A stretch of DNA of 64,000 nucleotides, from assembly GCA_030697645.1 (NCBI GenBank), contig JAUYPI010000006.1, positions 76,017 through 140,016 of the forward strand. The letters are read 5' to 3'. How positions within the stretch are numbered: the first letter of the stretch is position 1; each line of letters starts with the position of its first letter. The stretch is from a bacterium (GTDB lineage Bacteria > Patescibacteriota > Minisyncoccia > Phycocordibacterales > VMGT01). Positions 18,165-28,087 of this stretch are shown one piece after another. Position numbers and translations under genes: made by a program. Under the pieces are notes generated by a model. The model saw only the letters and a list, made by a program, of their open reading frames with translations. It had not been told where the DNA came from and did no database searches.

Positions 18165-18408
18165 AATTTATATTCACGAAACAGCTGATTGTGTGAGGGT
18201 GATCAATTTTTGGGCGGATATAATTTCTTTCAACAAAGAAGATTTTACAAGAATTTATTTCAAAAAACATAAGATAGCAACTGTCCGTAAAAACACCGGA
18301 CAGTCTTACAATGGATCATTGAGAGTGCGTATCAGAAGAAGTTCTCGTCTTAATCGAAAGGTGTCTGGATGGATAGGCGGATTAGCAAATAATTGCGGGG
18401 TCGTCTAA
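18097..18408 (+). pseudogene. C-terminal remnant of a tRNA-associated LAGLIDADG-like protein
   Basis: AT-rich; MIRLYMRWL..IYIHE..INFWA..YNGSLRVRI..L.RKVSGWI; stop codon lies inside tRNA-Gln. Confidence 0.55.
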
Positions 18409-18467
18409 TGGCAGGACACGGGACTTTGGATCCCGTTATGAAGGTCCGAATCCTTCCCCCGCAGCCA
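18394..18467 (+). tRNA. tRNA-Gln(TTG)
   Basis: TGCGGGG/CCCCGCA acceptor, CGGGA-CTTTGGA-TCCCG arm, encoded CCA; T-loop TCCGAAT. Confidence 0.92.
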
Positions 18468-18636
18468 GCGTGGAGACAAGGCGGTGAGAGCCGCTTTTTG
18501 GCTTGCCGTTGAGCCATCGGGGTCTTTTCTCTTCAAAAAATTGACGCCCACCTTCCTTTGACCTATACTCCTCAAAGCACCATGCAAGGTCGATGCGCAT
18601 ATAGGCGCTTAATTTTAACAAATATATCTTAATCTT

Positions 18637-20130
18637 ATGAAAAAAATAACAAAAATACTTTGGATTAAAGTTGGAGTGTTGTCTCTTTTGGCCGTTTTTT
18701 CTCTGTTTCTCTTGAATACTGCACGGGTTATCTTTGCGCAGGGAACGCCAAAAACGGAAATCTGCAATGGCATAGACGACAACGGCGACGGAGTTATAGA
18801 TGAGGGTGTCAATTGCGATCACTATTTAAGTTATCTCGTAAATAAACCCATCAATCCGGTGAACATTGTTCTGGACGATCAGTTCATTAACCCTACGGAT
18901 TTCGTGGTTTTCTCAATTGAAAGATTGCTGAATCCGGTTAGGAAAATTCATCAGGGGCTATTGTTTGATCCCAAAAGACCGGATCTTCATTATGTGGCGT
19001 ACGGAATTCAAAGCCCCGCCCCATTTGCGCCGCGTTCCGTATTCATAGAAAATCAGTTTGAACGACGGACAATCTCGGCGCTGAAGCCCCGCTATCTGCT
19101 GACGCCTGCCGGTAAGAGAAAGATCGGTATTCCTATTGATACCGTATTGTCCACAGCGCCAGACTCTCTGGTAGGTAGGCTAGTGGCGGCAATCGTTCCG
19201 TCTATCCCCAAGAATGCCGACCACTATCTCTGCTATGACGTAGAACCCTACACTCTTACCGATGGCGTATTGCTCGGGGATCAATTCCAAAAAAATACGT
19301 TTGAACTGATCCGTGCGCGCTATCTCTGTAACCCCGTAGAAAAGACCCATGACGGAAGGATCAATGAAATTATTGACGAAAGGAATCACTTGATGTGCTA
19401 CGAGGTCATCCCGCATAATTCTCTAAATCGCCCGGTTCTCACCAATGACCAATTCGGAGTCAAGGCACTCAAGGCCGTGCGAACAGAAGAAGTCTGTGTT
19501 CCAACAGTTAAAACACACCTGCCTATAGATGTCTGTGTCCGACCAGATGTTGATGGAACGGCGGTGCTTTTAGATTCTGACACACTATATCAAAACACTG
19601 GCGGGCAACTGACGATTGTACCGCTCTCGCCGGTGGGGACAGGACTTACGGCAGACGTTATGCTCCAGAGCGGCCCCGATACGGTTATTACGCGCGGTGG
19701 CAGTCCGGAATTAGGAGAAACATATCTTTTCGAAACCGAGATGCTGCAGTTGTCACTCTCGGGAGGCGGCCGTGTCTTGCATATGCCTGTAGGCGGGAAG
19801 ATTACGACTAGCCCACGAGAGCCGGGAGAGCCGGTGCAATCGTTTGATACGGATATGTTCGAGCTGCAGGGGCAGTTGCCTCCTGGGGATCCTGATTTTG
19901 ATTTACTTCGCATTACCGCCGGAAGTGGTTATGGCTTACCAAGTCCCGGTCACACCATGCTAACTGCACAGCCGGACGGGAGTTGGGCCGTGGACAGTTT
20001 CTTCGACATCACCTACCGCATCGACTTTGTCGGAGCGCCGGGGGGGCCTCTCGCAGGCCAGAGCGGATCAAACGTCGGCACGCTTCGATTACAGAATCAG
20101 AATACTTGTACGCTTGTACGCCCCGAATAA
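18637..20130 (+). CDS. Secreted multi-domain protein (Ca-binding-like CNGIDDNGDG motif, Cys/His repeats, beta-rich C-terminal domain)
   Basis: Signal peptide; EICNGIDDNGDGVIDEG; repeated H(Y/L)xxY..DQF..(C)NPVxK units. Confidence 0.8.
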   Translation: MKKITKILWIKVGVLSLLAVFSLFLLNTARVIFAQGTPKTEICNGIDDNGDGVIDEGVNCDHYLSYLVNKPINPVNIVLDDQFINPTDFVVFSIERLLNPVRKIHQGLLFDPKRPDLHYVAYGIQSPAPFAPRSVFIENQFERRTISALKPRYLLTPAGKRKIGIPIDTVLSTAPDSLVGRLVAAIVPSIPKNADHYLCYDVEPYTLTDGVLLGDQFQKNTFELIRARYLCNPVEKTHDGRINEIIDERNHLMCYEVIPHNSLNRPVLTNDQFGVKALKAVRTEEVCVPTVKTHLPIDVCVRPDVDGTAVLLDSDTLYQNTGGQLTIVPLSPVGTGLTADVMLQSGPDTVITRGGSPELGETYLFETEMLQLSLSGGGRVLHMPVGGKITTSPREPGEPVQSFDTDMFELQGQLPPGDPDFDLLRITAGSGYGLPSPGHTMLTAQPDGSWAVDSFFDITYRIDFVGAPGGPLAGQSGSNVGTLRLQNQNTCTLVRPE

Positions 20131-20283
20131 ACCCGCGATGCGTTGACAGAATTATCAGAACGACCAAACGCCTCCCCGTGCGATATCGGGGAGGTGTTTG
20201 GGGGGTTTCTGTGCAACAATTTTTGCTAGAATCAGTTCAATTGTCGCTATGAGCAAAGATGTCGGGCGACCCCCGCCGTGCGA

Positions 20284-20460
20284 AAGCTCCAAGCTTCAAA
20301 AAACAAGCTCCAGTTCATGTAAATTCCAAGCTCCAACCAACAATTTCAAAACAAACTTCAAATTCCAATGCATCAAATCTCAAACACGTACGTCGTGTTT
20401 GGAAATTGGATTTTGAATATTGAGATTTGTTTGGAAATTGTTGGTTGGAAATTGGAGCTT
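20284..20460. repeat. Heptamer-periodic palindromic element (TTCCAAA flavour)
   Basis: Imperfect inverted arms around AAACACGTACGTCGTGTTT. Confidence 0.85.
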
Positions 20461-20523
20461 CGTCGTGGTGTGACATTGGGTGTGTGTCTCCGTCGGCAAT
20501 TTCGTTATTCAAAGTCTGTAAGT

Positions 20524-21144
20524 ATGTACACTGCGCGAGAAGTACACATTGTGGTAGGAATTGACGAAGCAGGGCGAGGACCACTCGCCGGGCCTTTGGC
20601 TCTCGGGGCTGTCGCCCTCGGTAATATTCAACACTCGGTGTTGAACAAGTTATCCACAGGTTTGGGGCCTCTGCGCGATTCAAAACGGCTTACCGCAGAG
20701 CAGCGAGAGCAGTGGTTTGCCGCCCTCGTGAGTGTGCAGAAGAGAGGCGAACTTCGCTTTGTGGTAACTTTCGTCCGTGCATCGGTGATTGACGCGCGGG
20801 GTATCAGCGCCGCGGCGCGGCTCGCCGTGGCGCGCGTACTCCGAAAACTCACGCTGGTGCCTCGGCTCTCGAGTGTGCTTCTCGACGGACTGCTCATCGC
20901 GCCGAAGCGCTTCAGAGAGCAGCGCACGATCATCCGCGGCGATGAGACAGAGCCGCTTATTTCGCTTGCATCAATTGTCGCGAAGGTGCTGCGGGATCGC
21001 CACATGGTGCGTATGGCCCGTCGCTTTCCGAACTACGGCTTCGAGCGCCACAAAGGCTACGGCACGAGTGCCCATTATGCCGCGCTCGAGCGGTACGGGC
21101 CCTGCGCGATCCACCGCAGAAGCTTTTTGCGCGGTGTGATTTGA
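20524..21144 (+). CDS. rnhB: Ribonuclease HII
   Basis: GIDEAGRGPLAGP, DSKRL, ASIVAKV.RD, HKGYGT, HRRSF. Confidence 0.93.
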   Translation: MYTAREVHIVVGIDEAGRGPLAGPLALGAVALGNIQHSVLNKLSTGLGPLRDSKRLTAEQREQWFAALVSVQKRGELRFVVTFVRASVIDARGISAAARLAVARVLRKLTLVPRLSSVLLDGLLIAPKRFREQRTIIRGDETEPLISLASIVAKVLRDRHMVRMARRFPNYGFERHKGYGTSAHYAALERYGPCAIHRRSFLRGVI

Positions 21145-21286
21145 ATCTCTACGTTCCAGTGCTGCTGTCAAGCCACAGCCGAGAGAGTTGTCATGGCCTC
21201 GCGGCATGATACAATGTGCATACGCATTTCCGCTCGGCAATTCTGCAATTTGAAATCCGAAGTGAGCAGTTGAAATTGTGTAAACC

Positions 21287-22306
21287 ATGTTTGAAAACAA
21301 CGCCATCTTTTGGGTCGAAGTTGACAAGATCAGGCCGAACCCGTACCAGCCGCGCCGCGAGTTTGACGACGCGCGGCTACGCGACCTTGCGGACTCCATT
21401 CGCCAGTACGGGGTGCTGCAGCCGATCGTGGTCTCGCGCATCGAGGTGCCGAAAGAGGACGGCGGGCTTGCGGTCGAGTACGAACTCATCGCCGGAGAGC
21501 GGCGGGTGCGGGCCTCGAAGCTCGCTGGCATTGCGCAGATACCAGTCATCATTCGTGGCGGGCCTGAGAATGACCGCACGAAGCTCGAGCTTGCAATAAT
21601 CGAGAATCTCCAGCGGGAGGACTTGAGCCCCATCGATCGTGCCCGCGCATTCGCGCGGCTTGCGGGCGAGTTCGGTTTTTCTCACAGCGAGATCGGACGC
21701 AGGATAGGGAAGAGCCGCGTGTCGGTGACAAACACGATCAGGATCTTGGGCTTGCCCGAGGAGATACTCGCTGCGCTTGCCGAGAAGAAAATAACCGAGG
21801 GACACACGCGGCCGCTCCTCATGCTCACAACGAGGGCCGAGGAGCAGCTGACGCTCTTTCGCGAGATTGTGTTGCGACAGATGCCCGTGCGCGAGGCCGA
21901 GGGCATCGCGCGACGTATCGCCGTCGAGCGAGCGCGGAAGAGGATAAATGACGACCCGGATATTCTCGCGCTCGAGCGCTCGCTCTCGGAGCGCTTCGGC
22001 ACGCGCGTACAGATTGAGCGGCGTGGGGATGTCGGCGGCAAAGTGGTCATTGACTATTTCTCGCCGGACGACCTCAACAATATTGTTGCTCTGCTTCAGG
22101 CGCGCCAGAGTGCCGCCGCAGCGCTCGAGGCGCTTGAGCGACCTGTCGCTTCGGCGGAGGACATGGGATTAGAAGCTACTGGCGACGCTGAGACGCTCGT
22201 TGTTCCCGAAATACCTCGTGGTGAAGATGTGCCGACTCCCGCGCCACAACCTCTCGAAGAGCAAGACGACGCCGACCTCTACACAGTCAAAAATTTTACG
22301 ATTTGA
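21287..22306 (+). CDS. parB: ParB/Spo0J partition protein
   Basis: PNPYQPR, GVLQPI, IAGERR.RA, IENLQREDL. Confidence 0.93.
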   Translation: MFENNAIFWVEVDKIRPNPYQPRREFDDARLRDLADSIRQYGVLQPIVVSRIEVPKEDGGLAVEYELIAGERRVRASKLAGIAQIPVIIRGGPENDRTKLELAIIENLQREDLSPIDRARAFARLAGEFGFSHSEIGRRIGKSRVSVTNTIRILGLPEEILAALAEKKITEGHTRPLLMLTTRAEEQLTLFREIVLRQMPVREAEGIARRIAVERARKRINDDPDILALERSLSERFGTRVQIERRGDVGGKVVIDYFSPDDLNNIVALLQARQSAAAALEALERPVASAEDMGLEATGDAETLVVPEIPRGEDVPTPAPQPLEEQDDADLYTVKNFTI

Positions 22307-22531
22307 CAAATTTATAAGCTCGTGTACGCTTTTATAAGCGTTTGTTCTGTATTGTGAGGGATATCGAGATATTTCAAGAAATTTTTGACAAGTCACAGCC
22401 AAAATCAGCAAATTTCAGGCCGGAATGAAGATAGTGGATAGGCTCTAACACCATAAGTCATTCAGTGAGGTAGCATACGCGTCCGTACGCTATATCTTTG
22501 CGTAATACGCTTTGGAGCATATACTTGAAGC

Positions 22532-23275
22532 ATGCAACCGGACGTCGAGGACAGTTATTTGGTGAAAACGGTCGGTTTTGAAGGACCGCTCGACCTCCTG
22601 CTTACTTTAATCGAGGATCGAAAACTTTCGATCAGCGAGGTTGCCTTGGCTTCCGTGGCGGATGCATACACGGCACATGTACGGGCCCTAGAGCGTGTAC
22701 CGGTGGGCGAGACCGCGCAGTTCGTGCTCACCGCTGCAACACTCCTCCTCATAAAGTCGCGCTCGCTCTTGCCGACGCTCGATTTCACGAGCGAGGAAGA
22801 AGGCGACATTCGCGATCTCGAAGAGCGGCTGCGGCGGCTCGCTGTCCTGCGCGAGTCGGCGCGAGAGCTCGCTCGTTTGGCGGCAGGTCCGGCGCTCTAT
22901 GCGCGTCGTGCTCGCGTTGAGCCGATTCCGATTTTTGCGCCCGGAAGTCGGCTCACCATGGCGGTTATTGTCGAGACTGTCCAGGGCATCGTGAGTTCGG
23001 TGTCGTCCGAGGCGTCTCGTATCCCGGAGACTCTTGTACGCCGGACGGTACACCTAGAAGAAGTGGTGCGCACGCTCGCCGAGCGGATCGAGCGTGCGTT
23101 TGCAGTGAGTTTTTCCGACATCAGAGCGGCATCACGGGACCGGCTTGATCTTATAGTAAGCTTCCTCGCGTTGCTTGAACTCGTGAGGCGCGGCGGGGTA
23201 GCTGCCGCGCAGGAAGCGCCGTTTGCGGACATTACCATTGAAGGCGATCACGTGGGCGTGCCAAGGTACGACTAA
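22532..23275 (+). CDS. scpA: Segregation/condensation protein A
   Basis: FEGPLDLLL.LI, LLLIKSRSLLP, FLALLEL. Confidence 0.92.
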   Translation: MQPDVEDSYLVKTVGFEGPLDLLLTLIEDRKLSISEVALASVADAYTAHVRALERVPVGETAQFVLTAATLLLIKSRSLLPTLDFTSEEEGDIRDLEERLRRLAVLRESARELARLAAGPALYARRARVEPIPIFAPGSRLTMAVIVETVQGIVSSVSSEASRIPETLVRRTVHLEEVVRTLAERIERAFAVSFSDIRAASRDRLDLIVSFLALLELVRRGGVAAAQEAPFADITIEGDHVGVPRYD

Positions 23276-23309
23276 CGAATTTCAAATTTTCAAGTGACCA
23301 ATTTCCAAC
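23273..23309 (+). repeat. Solo left arm of heptamer element
   Basis: TAACGAATTTCAAATTTTCAAGTGACCAATTTCCAA, near-identical to 55949-55984. Confidence 0.75.
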
Positions 23310-23575
23310 AGGGCGTCACGATCTTGCTTGTTACCTACGCCCTGCGTGTGCTTGCTATCGCCTTTATATTCTCCTTGCCATCGTTGCCGCAAAGTACGGC
23401 TGGCGGTTCGCGTGCGGTTTTGGAAGGCATAACTGACCTGCCGCACTTTTAAGAGTCAAGGCAGGTTTACCGAGCGAGCGGTCTGTGCTTTTTTATCTAG
23501 CGTACACACGCCCTCTCTTGCGGGAGAGGGCGTGTGTTGCTTGCTGCACTGCCGCATGTTGCGTGTTGTCCGTTG

Positions 23576-24016
23576 CTACCCCTTGTCCTCGAGGATGTTG
23601 TCCACGTCGAGCCTGAACGTGGCGCTTTTTTCTCCCGCGCGCACGGTGTAGGTGCCAGCCGGGAGCGCGAAGACGTCGAGCACAGCCGTTTCCTCAAACG
23701 GGGTGAGTACCTGTGCACAGAACGCCCCCGCGGGCCGCATGGTGCGGACGTCGAGCATAAATGTTTTGCCTGCGCGCGATTGATTTACCGAGGCGACTCG
23801 CGTACAGGCGTCCGAGAGCGAGCCCGTTACCCGCGCGTGCACCTGAACAGGGAACGACTCGAGCACTTTAAGTTCGAGCGATTCGATATACGCACGGCCA
23901 CCTACTTCTGTATTCGTATTCGGCCTCTCCGGCGCCTCGGCGCTCTTGCCGCGGAAGAAAAAAAACCCGCCGACGAATATAAGGATGATGCCGCCTATCG
24001 CAAGCCCCATTTTCAT
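23576..24016 (-). CDS. Membrane-anchored Ig-like protein with a Cys pair
   Basis: TM helix; ESFPVQVH..G.LSDAC..CAQVL.PFE..LPAGTYTV. Confidence 0.75.
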   Translation of the reverse strand: MKMGLAIGGIILIFVGGFFFFRGKSAEAPERPNTNTEVGGRAYIESLELKVLESFPVQVHARVTGSLSDACTRVASVNQSRAGKTFMLDVRTMRPAGAFCAQVLTPFEETAVLDVFALPAGTYTVRAGEKSATFRLDVDNILEDKG

Positions 24017-24147
24017 ACTTTTTAGTATACCGCCTTTTCCCGCGTGCGCAATCCCTGTATGTATTGCGGAACGGTCAGTCGCAATAGCGAAACCCACCTC
24101 CTCAAAGACGGGGAGGTGGGCGTAGGAAGTTTGCACCCGGCTCTCTC

Positions 24148-24597
24148 TCAAGATTGAGCCCGTTTGAGAGTAATTTCGCCGGTAAGGCCATGGGGCGGAG
24201 TTAAGAGGAGGACGCCCTCTATAGAAAAAGTGCTGTCATTGGCGTATGGCGCATAAGCGAGGCGCCACTTATCAGACGGTTGCGTGGCAGTGATAGCGAT
24301 GATGCGACCAAGGTGTCCACCACACGGGCTTCCGTCTGGAATGATAAGGGTGGCATCGTCTTCGGCCAGAACGATCTTTCCATGCGTATCGCGATGACCG
24401 CGTATTTTAGCCACGCCGATACTCTGAACTCCACTGATCGTGCCACTGATAACGTGGTGCTCCCACCCTGCCTCCACTTTTGAGTCATGAGTAAAATTGA
24501 ATCCCCAACCCACCAATTCTTGCGACGTTTCCACTTTTGCGCCCGCATTCTCGAGCAGGTCAAACATCCATTGATTTGCCGACCTAGAATTTTCCAC
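24148..24597 (-). CDS. Hypothetical protein
   Basis: 149-aa ORF with GGAAGG RBS and downstream hairpin. Confidence 0.55.
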   Translation of the reverse strand: MENSRSANQWMFDLLENAGAKVETSQELVGWGFNFTHDSKVEAGWEHHVISGTISGVQSIGVAKIRGHRDTHGKIVLAEDDATLIIPDGSPCGGHLGRIIAITATQPSDKWRLAYAPYANDSTFSIEGVLLLTPPHGLTGEITLKRAQS

Positions 24598-24774
24598 GAG
24601 CGTGCCCTTCCTGTGTTTCTTTGCCGTTTCGATTGTGACTCCGGCTGAAATTCTATAGCCTTAAGGCGACAAAGTCAAATTGCCCTTCTCGCCGTTGGTT
24701 ACGTGAGTGAGTTGTAGGGAAGATTGCTTGGCATTGGAATATCCGGCCGGAAGGTTTTTTGTTACGATGCACGT

Positions 24775-26076
24775 ATGCACTTCATTGTCGACTTTCATAC
24801 GCACTCGCACTACTCGCGGGCGACGTCGCCCGAGATGAATGTCTCGGGGCTCACGCGCTGGGCGCAGCTGAAGGGCACGACGCTGATCGGCACCGGCGAC
24901 TTCACACATCCGCTCTGGTTTGCCGAGATGCGCGAGACGCTTGAGCCGGCAGAGAGCGGGCTTTTCAAGCTCTCCAGCGCAGAGGAGCGCGAAATCGCGC
25001 GTGAGGTGCCCGAGCGCTGCCGCGCCGCAATGCGCTTTCTCCTCACCGTCGAGGTGAGTACGATCTATAAGCGCGCCGGGCGTGTGCGCAAGGTCCACAG
25101 TCTGATTCTCGCGCCGTCGTTTAAGGTCGCAGCGAAGGTTAATGACACACTGCGGCGCATTGGCAACATTTCATCGGACGGCAGGCCGATCCTCGGTCTC
25201 GATACCGAGGAGCTCCTTAAAATCGTGCTTGATGCGTCCGAGGAGTGCATGCTGATCCCTGCCCACGCATGGACGCCGCACTTTGCCGTGTTCGGATCGG
25301 CGTCGGGCTTTGATTCCCTTGAGGAGGCGTTTGGCGAGAGCGCGAAATATATCCATGCGATTGAGACGGGGCTCAGCTCTGACCCCGCGATGAACTGGCG
25401 GCTCTCCGCGCTCGACAGGCTTGCGCTCGTTTCAAACTCCGACGCGCATTCGCCGCGCAAGCTCGGTCGCGAGGCGAATGTTTTTAATACCAACCTTTCC
25501 TATGCCGCGATCACCGGGGCGCTCAAGCGCAATGACCCAGAGGCTTTCGAGAGCACGATCGAGTTTTATCCGGAGGAGGGGAAGTACCACCTCGACGGTC
25601 ACAGGCTTTGCAAGACGCGCCTCAAGCCCGAGGAAACCCGCGCGCGAGGCGGGCTTTGTCCCGCGTGTGGAAAGCCCGTAACTGTCGGCGTTATGCATCG
25701 CGTTGCTTCACTTGCAGATCGTGGGCCAGGCGCGCGAGTGGCCGGCGGGCGGCCATTCCGGAGCATCGTGCCGCTTCCCGAGATCATCGCCGAGGCGCTC
25801 GAAGTCGGGCCGCAGAGCAAGCGCGTGGACGAGCGATACTTTGCGCTCCTTGCTGCGCTCGGAAACGAATTTTATATTCTCCTCGATGCGCCGATTGAGG
25901 ATATCGCGCGCGCTTCGACCTCGCTCATCGCGGAGGCAGTCCGCCGCATGAGGGCGGGTGAGGTACATATCGCCCCAGGCTACGATGGGGAGTACGGAAC
26001 CGTCAAAATTTTCGACGATGGAGAACGTATAGCGCTCGCCACGAGAGCGGCGAGCGCGCAGACGAAGCTGTTTTGA
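24775..26076 (+). CDS. PHP-family Endonuclease Q-like protein
   Basis: DFHTHSHYS, GTGDFTHP, PAHAWTP, ETGLSSD, NSDAHS, GKYH.DGHR.C..CPACG, PGYDGEYG. Confidence 0.88.
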   Translation: MHFIVDFHTHSHYSRATSPEMNVSGLTRWAQLKGTTLIGTGDFTHPLWFAEMRETLEPAESGLFKLSSAEEREIAREVPERCRAAMRFLLTVEVSTIYKRAGRVRKVHSLILAPSFKVAAKVNDTLRRIGNISSDGRPILGLDTEELLKIVLDASEECMLIPAHAWTPHFAVFGSASGFDSLEEAFGESAKYIHAIETGLSSDPAMNWRLSALDRLALVSNSDAHSPRKLGREANVFNTNLSYAAITGALKRNDPEAFESTIEFYPEEGKYHLDGHRLCKTRLKPEETRARGGLCPACGKPVTVGVMHRVASLADRGPGARVAGGRPFRSIVPLPEIIAEALEVGPQSKRVDERYFALLAALGNEFYILLDAPIEDIARASTSLIAEAVRRMRAGEVHIAPGYDGEYGTVKIFDDGERIALATRAASAQTKLF

Positions 26077-26202
26077 CGAGGAGTTTGCCGGTGGGGGGGG
26101 GATTGACTCCAGTAAGCTCCACTTACTCACTGCCCGTGAACTCAGCCGTGCGTTTGAACGTGCGATTTTTTGACTCGCAGAAATTTTTCTCGTCTGGTGT
26201 CG

Positions 26203-27930
26203 TCAAAACAGCCTCGCCTGCGGCGTGGTTGTTCTCTTTTGCGGCGGACGGAGGAAGATCCGCTCGCAAAGATTCTCGGGAAGGGACGCAAGAAAACGCG
26301 AGGGGGCGGGGAAGTACGTTTTTCCAAAAAGCGTTCGTTTTGCTGCCTGAGAAAGATACAGTCGCTCTTTCGCGCGTGTCATCGCGACGTAGAGGAGGCG
26401 GCGTTCTTCGGCGATGCGTTCGTCATTGCGCACTTCGTCCGGCCGCAGGTAGGGAAACAGCCCCTCCTCAACTCCAGCGACGAACACGACCGGAAATTCA
26501 AGGCCCTTTGCGGCGTGCGCGCTGAGGAGCATCACGGCCTCGCCCGACACTAGGGTATCTTCTGGCCGTGCGAGCGTCGCGCGCGCAAGGAGCGCGCGGC
26601 GCGCCTCGGCTAGCTCGAGGTGGTCGAACTGCGTTGCGATACCAACAAGTTCGAGAATGCGGTCAGAGAGTGTGTTGCGGCGTGGTGTCACTCTCCGGTC
26701 ATGCTGTTTAGCATTGCTTTGCGTCGCGATGGCATTTACAGCTTGCGAGAGCGTCGAAAACTTTAGGTCGTTTGCTGCGATAGGGATTTCCGCGTTTGCA
26801 TGGTAGTCGGCGTCGTGATCGGGAAGATCGAGCGTCTCGAGCTTTTCGAGCACATTGCGGACCTCGGGCTGCTCGAAAAACCCGACACCGCCGATCGTAC
26901 GGAAGGGAATACCGACGTGGTTAAGCGCGCTCTCAAACTCGCGGGCGAGCGCGTGCAGGCGATAGATCACCGCGAAATCACCGAACGAGAAATTACCTGC
27001 GCCAGCGCGCAAAAGGTCGGCGCCCCCAATCTCCCGCTCAATCGTGCGGACGATCCAGAGCGCCTCGGCTCGGTCGGAGGCTGCATGTATGATGTGCGGC
27101 CGTGTGCTTTTTTGTTCCTGCTGTGCGACATCCGATGTTGCACAAGACCCGATGCACGAGCCGGCCACTGCGAGAATCGAGGGAGTAGAACGGTAATTTC
27201 GGATGAGGCGCAGCACGCGGGCGTCAGGATAGCGCTCGGTGAACGAGGAGAAATGCCGAGGATCCGCGGCGCGAAACGAGTAGATCGACTGGTTTGGATC
27301 GCCGATGACGCAGAGGTTGCGGTGCCCCGCGGCGAGGAGATCGAGAAGCGTGCTCTGGAGCGCGTTTGCGTCTTGGTACTCGTCGGCGAGTATAAAATTG
27401 AAGCGACTGCGGTAGTGCGCGAGCACGTCCTCGTGCGTGCGGAGGAGCTCGAGCGCGCGCGAGAGGAGTGCGTCGAAGTCGAGCGCTGTGTCGTTTGTGC
27501 CCGCCCGCTTTCCGCGCGGTTTCTCACCGACGCGAAAGTTAGGAGGCACGCCAACAAGCTCTCCGTACTCGCGGAGCATCGTATGTGCGAGGGCGTGGAA
27601 GGTGGCGACTACGGGAGAGCGGAAGGTGGCGAGTGCTTGCCCGTCGAAGCCGGAGCTAAGGCGGGGAGAGTGGATTGGCGCTTGATGCGTGAGCGTGGTC
27701 GGTGCAACGGCCGCTCGAATGCGCTCCCGTATCTCGTCCACCGCCTTGTTCGTGAAAGTAATGGCGAGGATCTGCTCCGGCGGCACGCCGCGCTCACATA
27801 TCAAGCGGCTCACGCGCTCGACGAGAACGCGCGTCTTGCCGCTTCCGGGGCCAGCAACAATCACCACCGGACCATCAAGCGCGGATACGGCCGTGTCTTG
27901 ATCCGCGTCAAGTTCATCAGATAACAGCAT
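26203..27930 (-). CDS. UvrD/PcrA-family helicase, short form (reduced 1B/2B domains)
   Basis: AGPGSGKT, TFTNKA, DEYQD, GDPNQSIY, NYRS, HAAKGLEF, YVAMTRA. Confidence 0.9.
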   Translation of the reverse strand: MLLSDELDADQDTAVSALDGPVVIVAGPGSGKTRVLVERVSRLICERGVPPEQILAITFTNKAVDEIRERIRAAVAPTTLTHQAPIHSPRLSSGFDGQALATFRSPVVATFHALAHTMLREYGELVGVPPNFRVGEKPRGKRAGTNDTALDFDALLSRALELLRTHEDVLAHYRSRFNFILADEYQDANALQSTLLDLLAAGHRNLCVIGDPNQSIYSFRAADPRHFSSFTERYPDARVLRLIRNYRSTPSILAVAGSCIGSCATSDVAQQEQKSTRPHIIHAASDRAEALWIVRTIEREIGGADLLRAGAGNFSFGDFAVIYRLHALAREFESALNHVGIPFRTIGGVGFFEQPEVRNVLEKLETLDLPDHDADYHANAEIPIAANDLKFSTLSQAVNAIATQSNAKQHDRRVTPRRNTLSDRILELVGIATQFDHLELAEARRALLARATLARPEDTLVSGEAVMLLSAHAAKGLEFPVVFVAGVEEGLFPYLRPDEVRNDERIAEERRLLYVAMTRAKERLYLSQAAKRTLFGKTYFPAPSRFLASLPENLCERIFLRPPQKRTTTPQARLF

Positions 27931-27949
27931 ATTTTTGTGTGGACGGGGA

Positions 27950-27982
27950 CAAAAAAATCTGTTCGCCTGAACAGATTTTTTT
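27950..27982 (-). terminator. Terminator downstream of the tRNA-like gene
   Basis: AAAAAAATCTGTTC-gcct-GAACAGATTTTTTT. Confidence 0.8.
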
Positions 27983-27985
27983 GAG

Positions 27986-28058
27986 TGGACCCGGCGGGAT
28001 TTGCACCCGCTACTCTACTTACCAAAGGTAGCATTTTACTCCATAAAACTACGGGCCC
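27986..28058 (-). tRNA. Non-canonical tRNA: G3-U70/A73 acceptor with UGG anticodon
   Basis: GGGCCCG/CGGGTCC-A acceptor; GTTT/AAAT D-stem; CTAC(C)-TTTGGTA-(A)GTAG; GCGGG-TGCAAAT-CCCGC; TATACT -10 box upstream. Confidence 0.7.
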
Positions 28059-28087
28059 GGGTCCACCGAGTGAAGTATACCGTAAAC

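Noticed and set aside
23308-23360. Possible ABC-ATPase scrap (QGVTILLVT) after scpA
   Set aside because: Too short to separate from chance by eye
26093-26101. Poly-G tract as a phase-variation switch
   Set aside because: It lies between two convergent stop codons, outside any CDS or promoter
27986-28058. Full tmRNA (ssrA) or ordinary tRNA-Pro
   Set aside because: No room for a tag ORF or pseudoknots between the acceptor strands, and the acceptor stem and position 37 do not match tRNA-Pro
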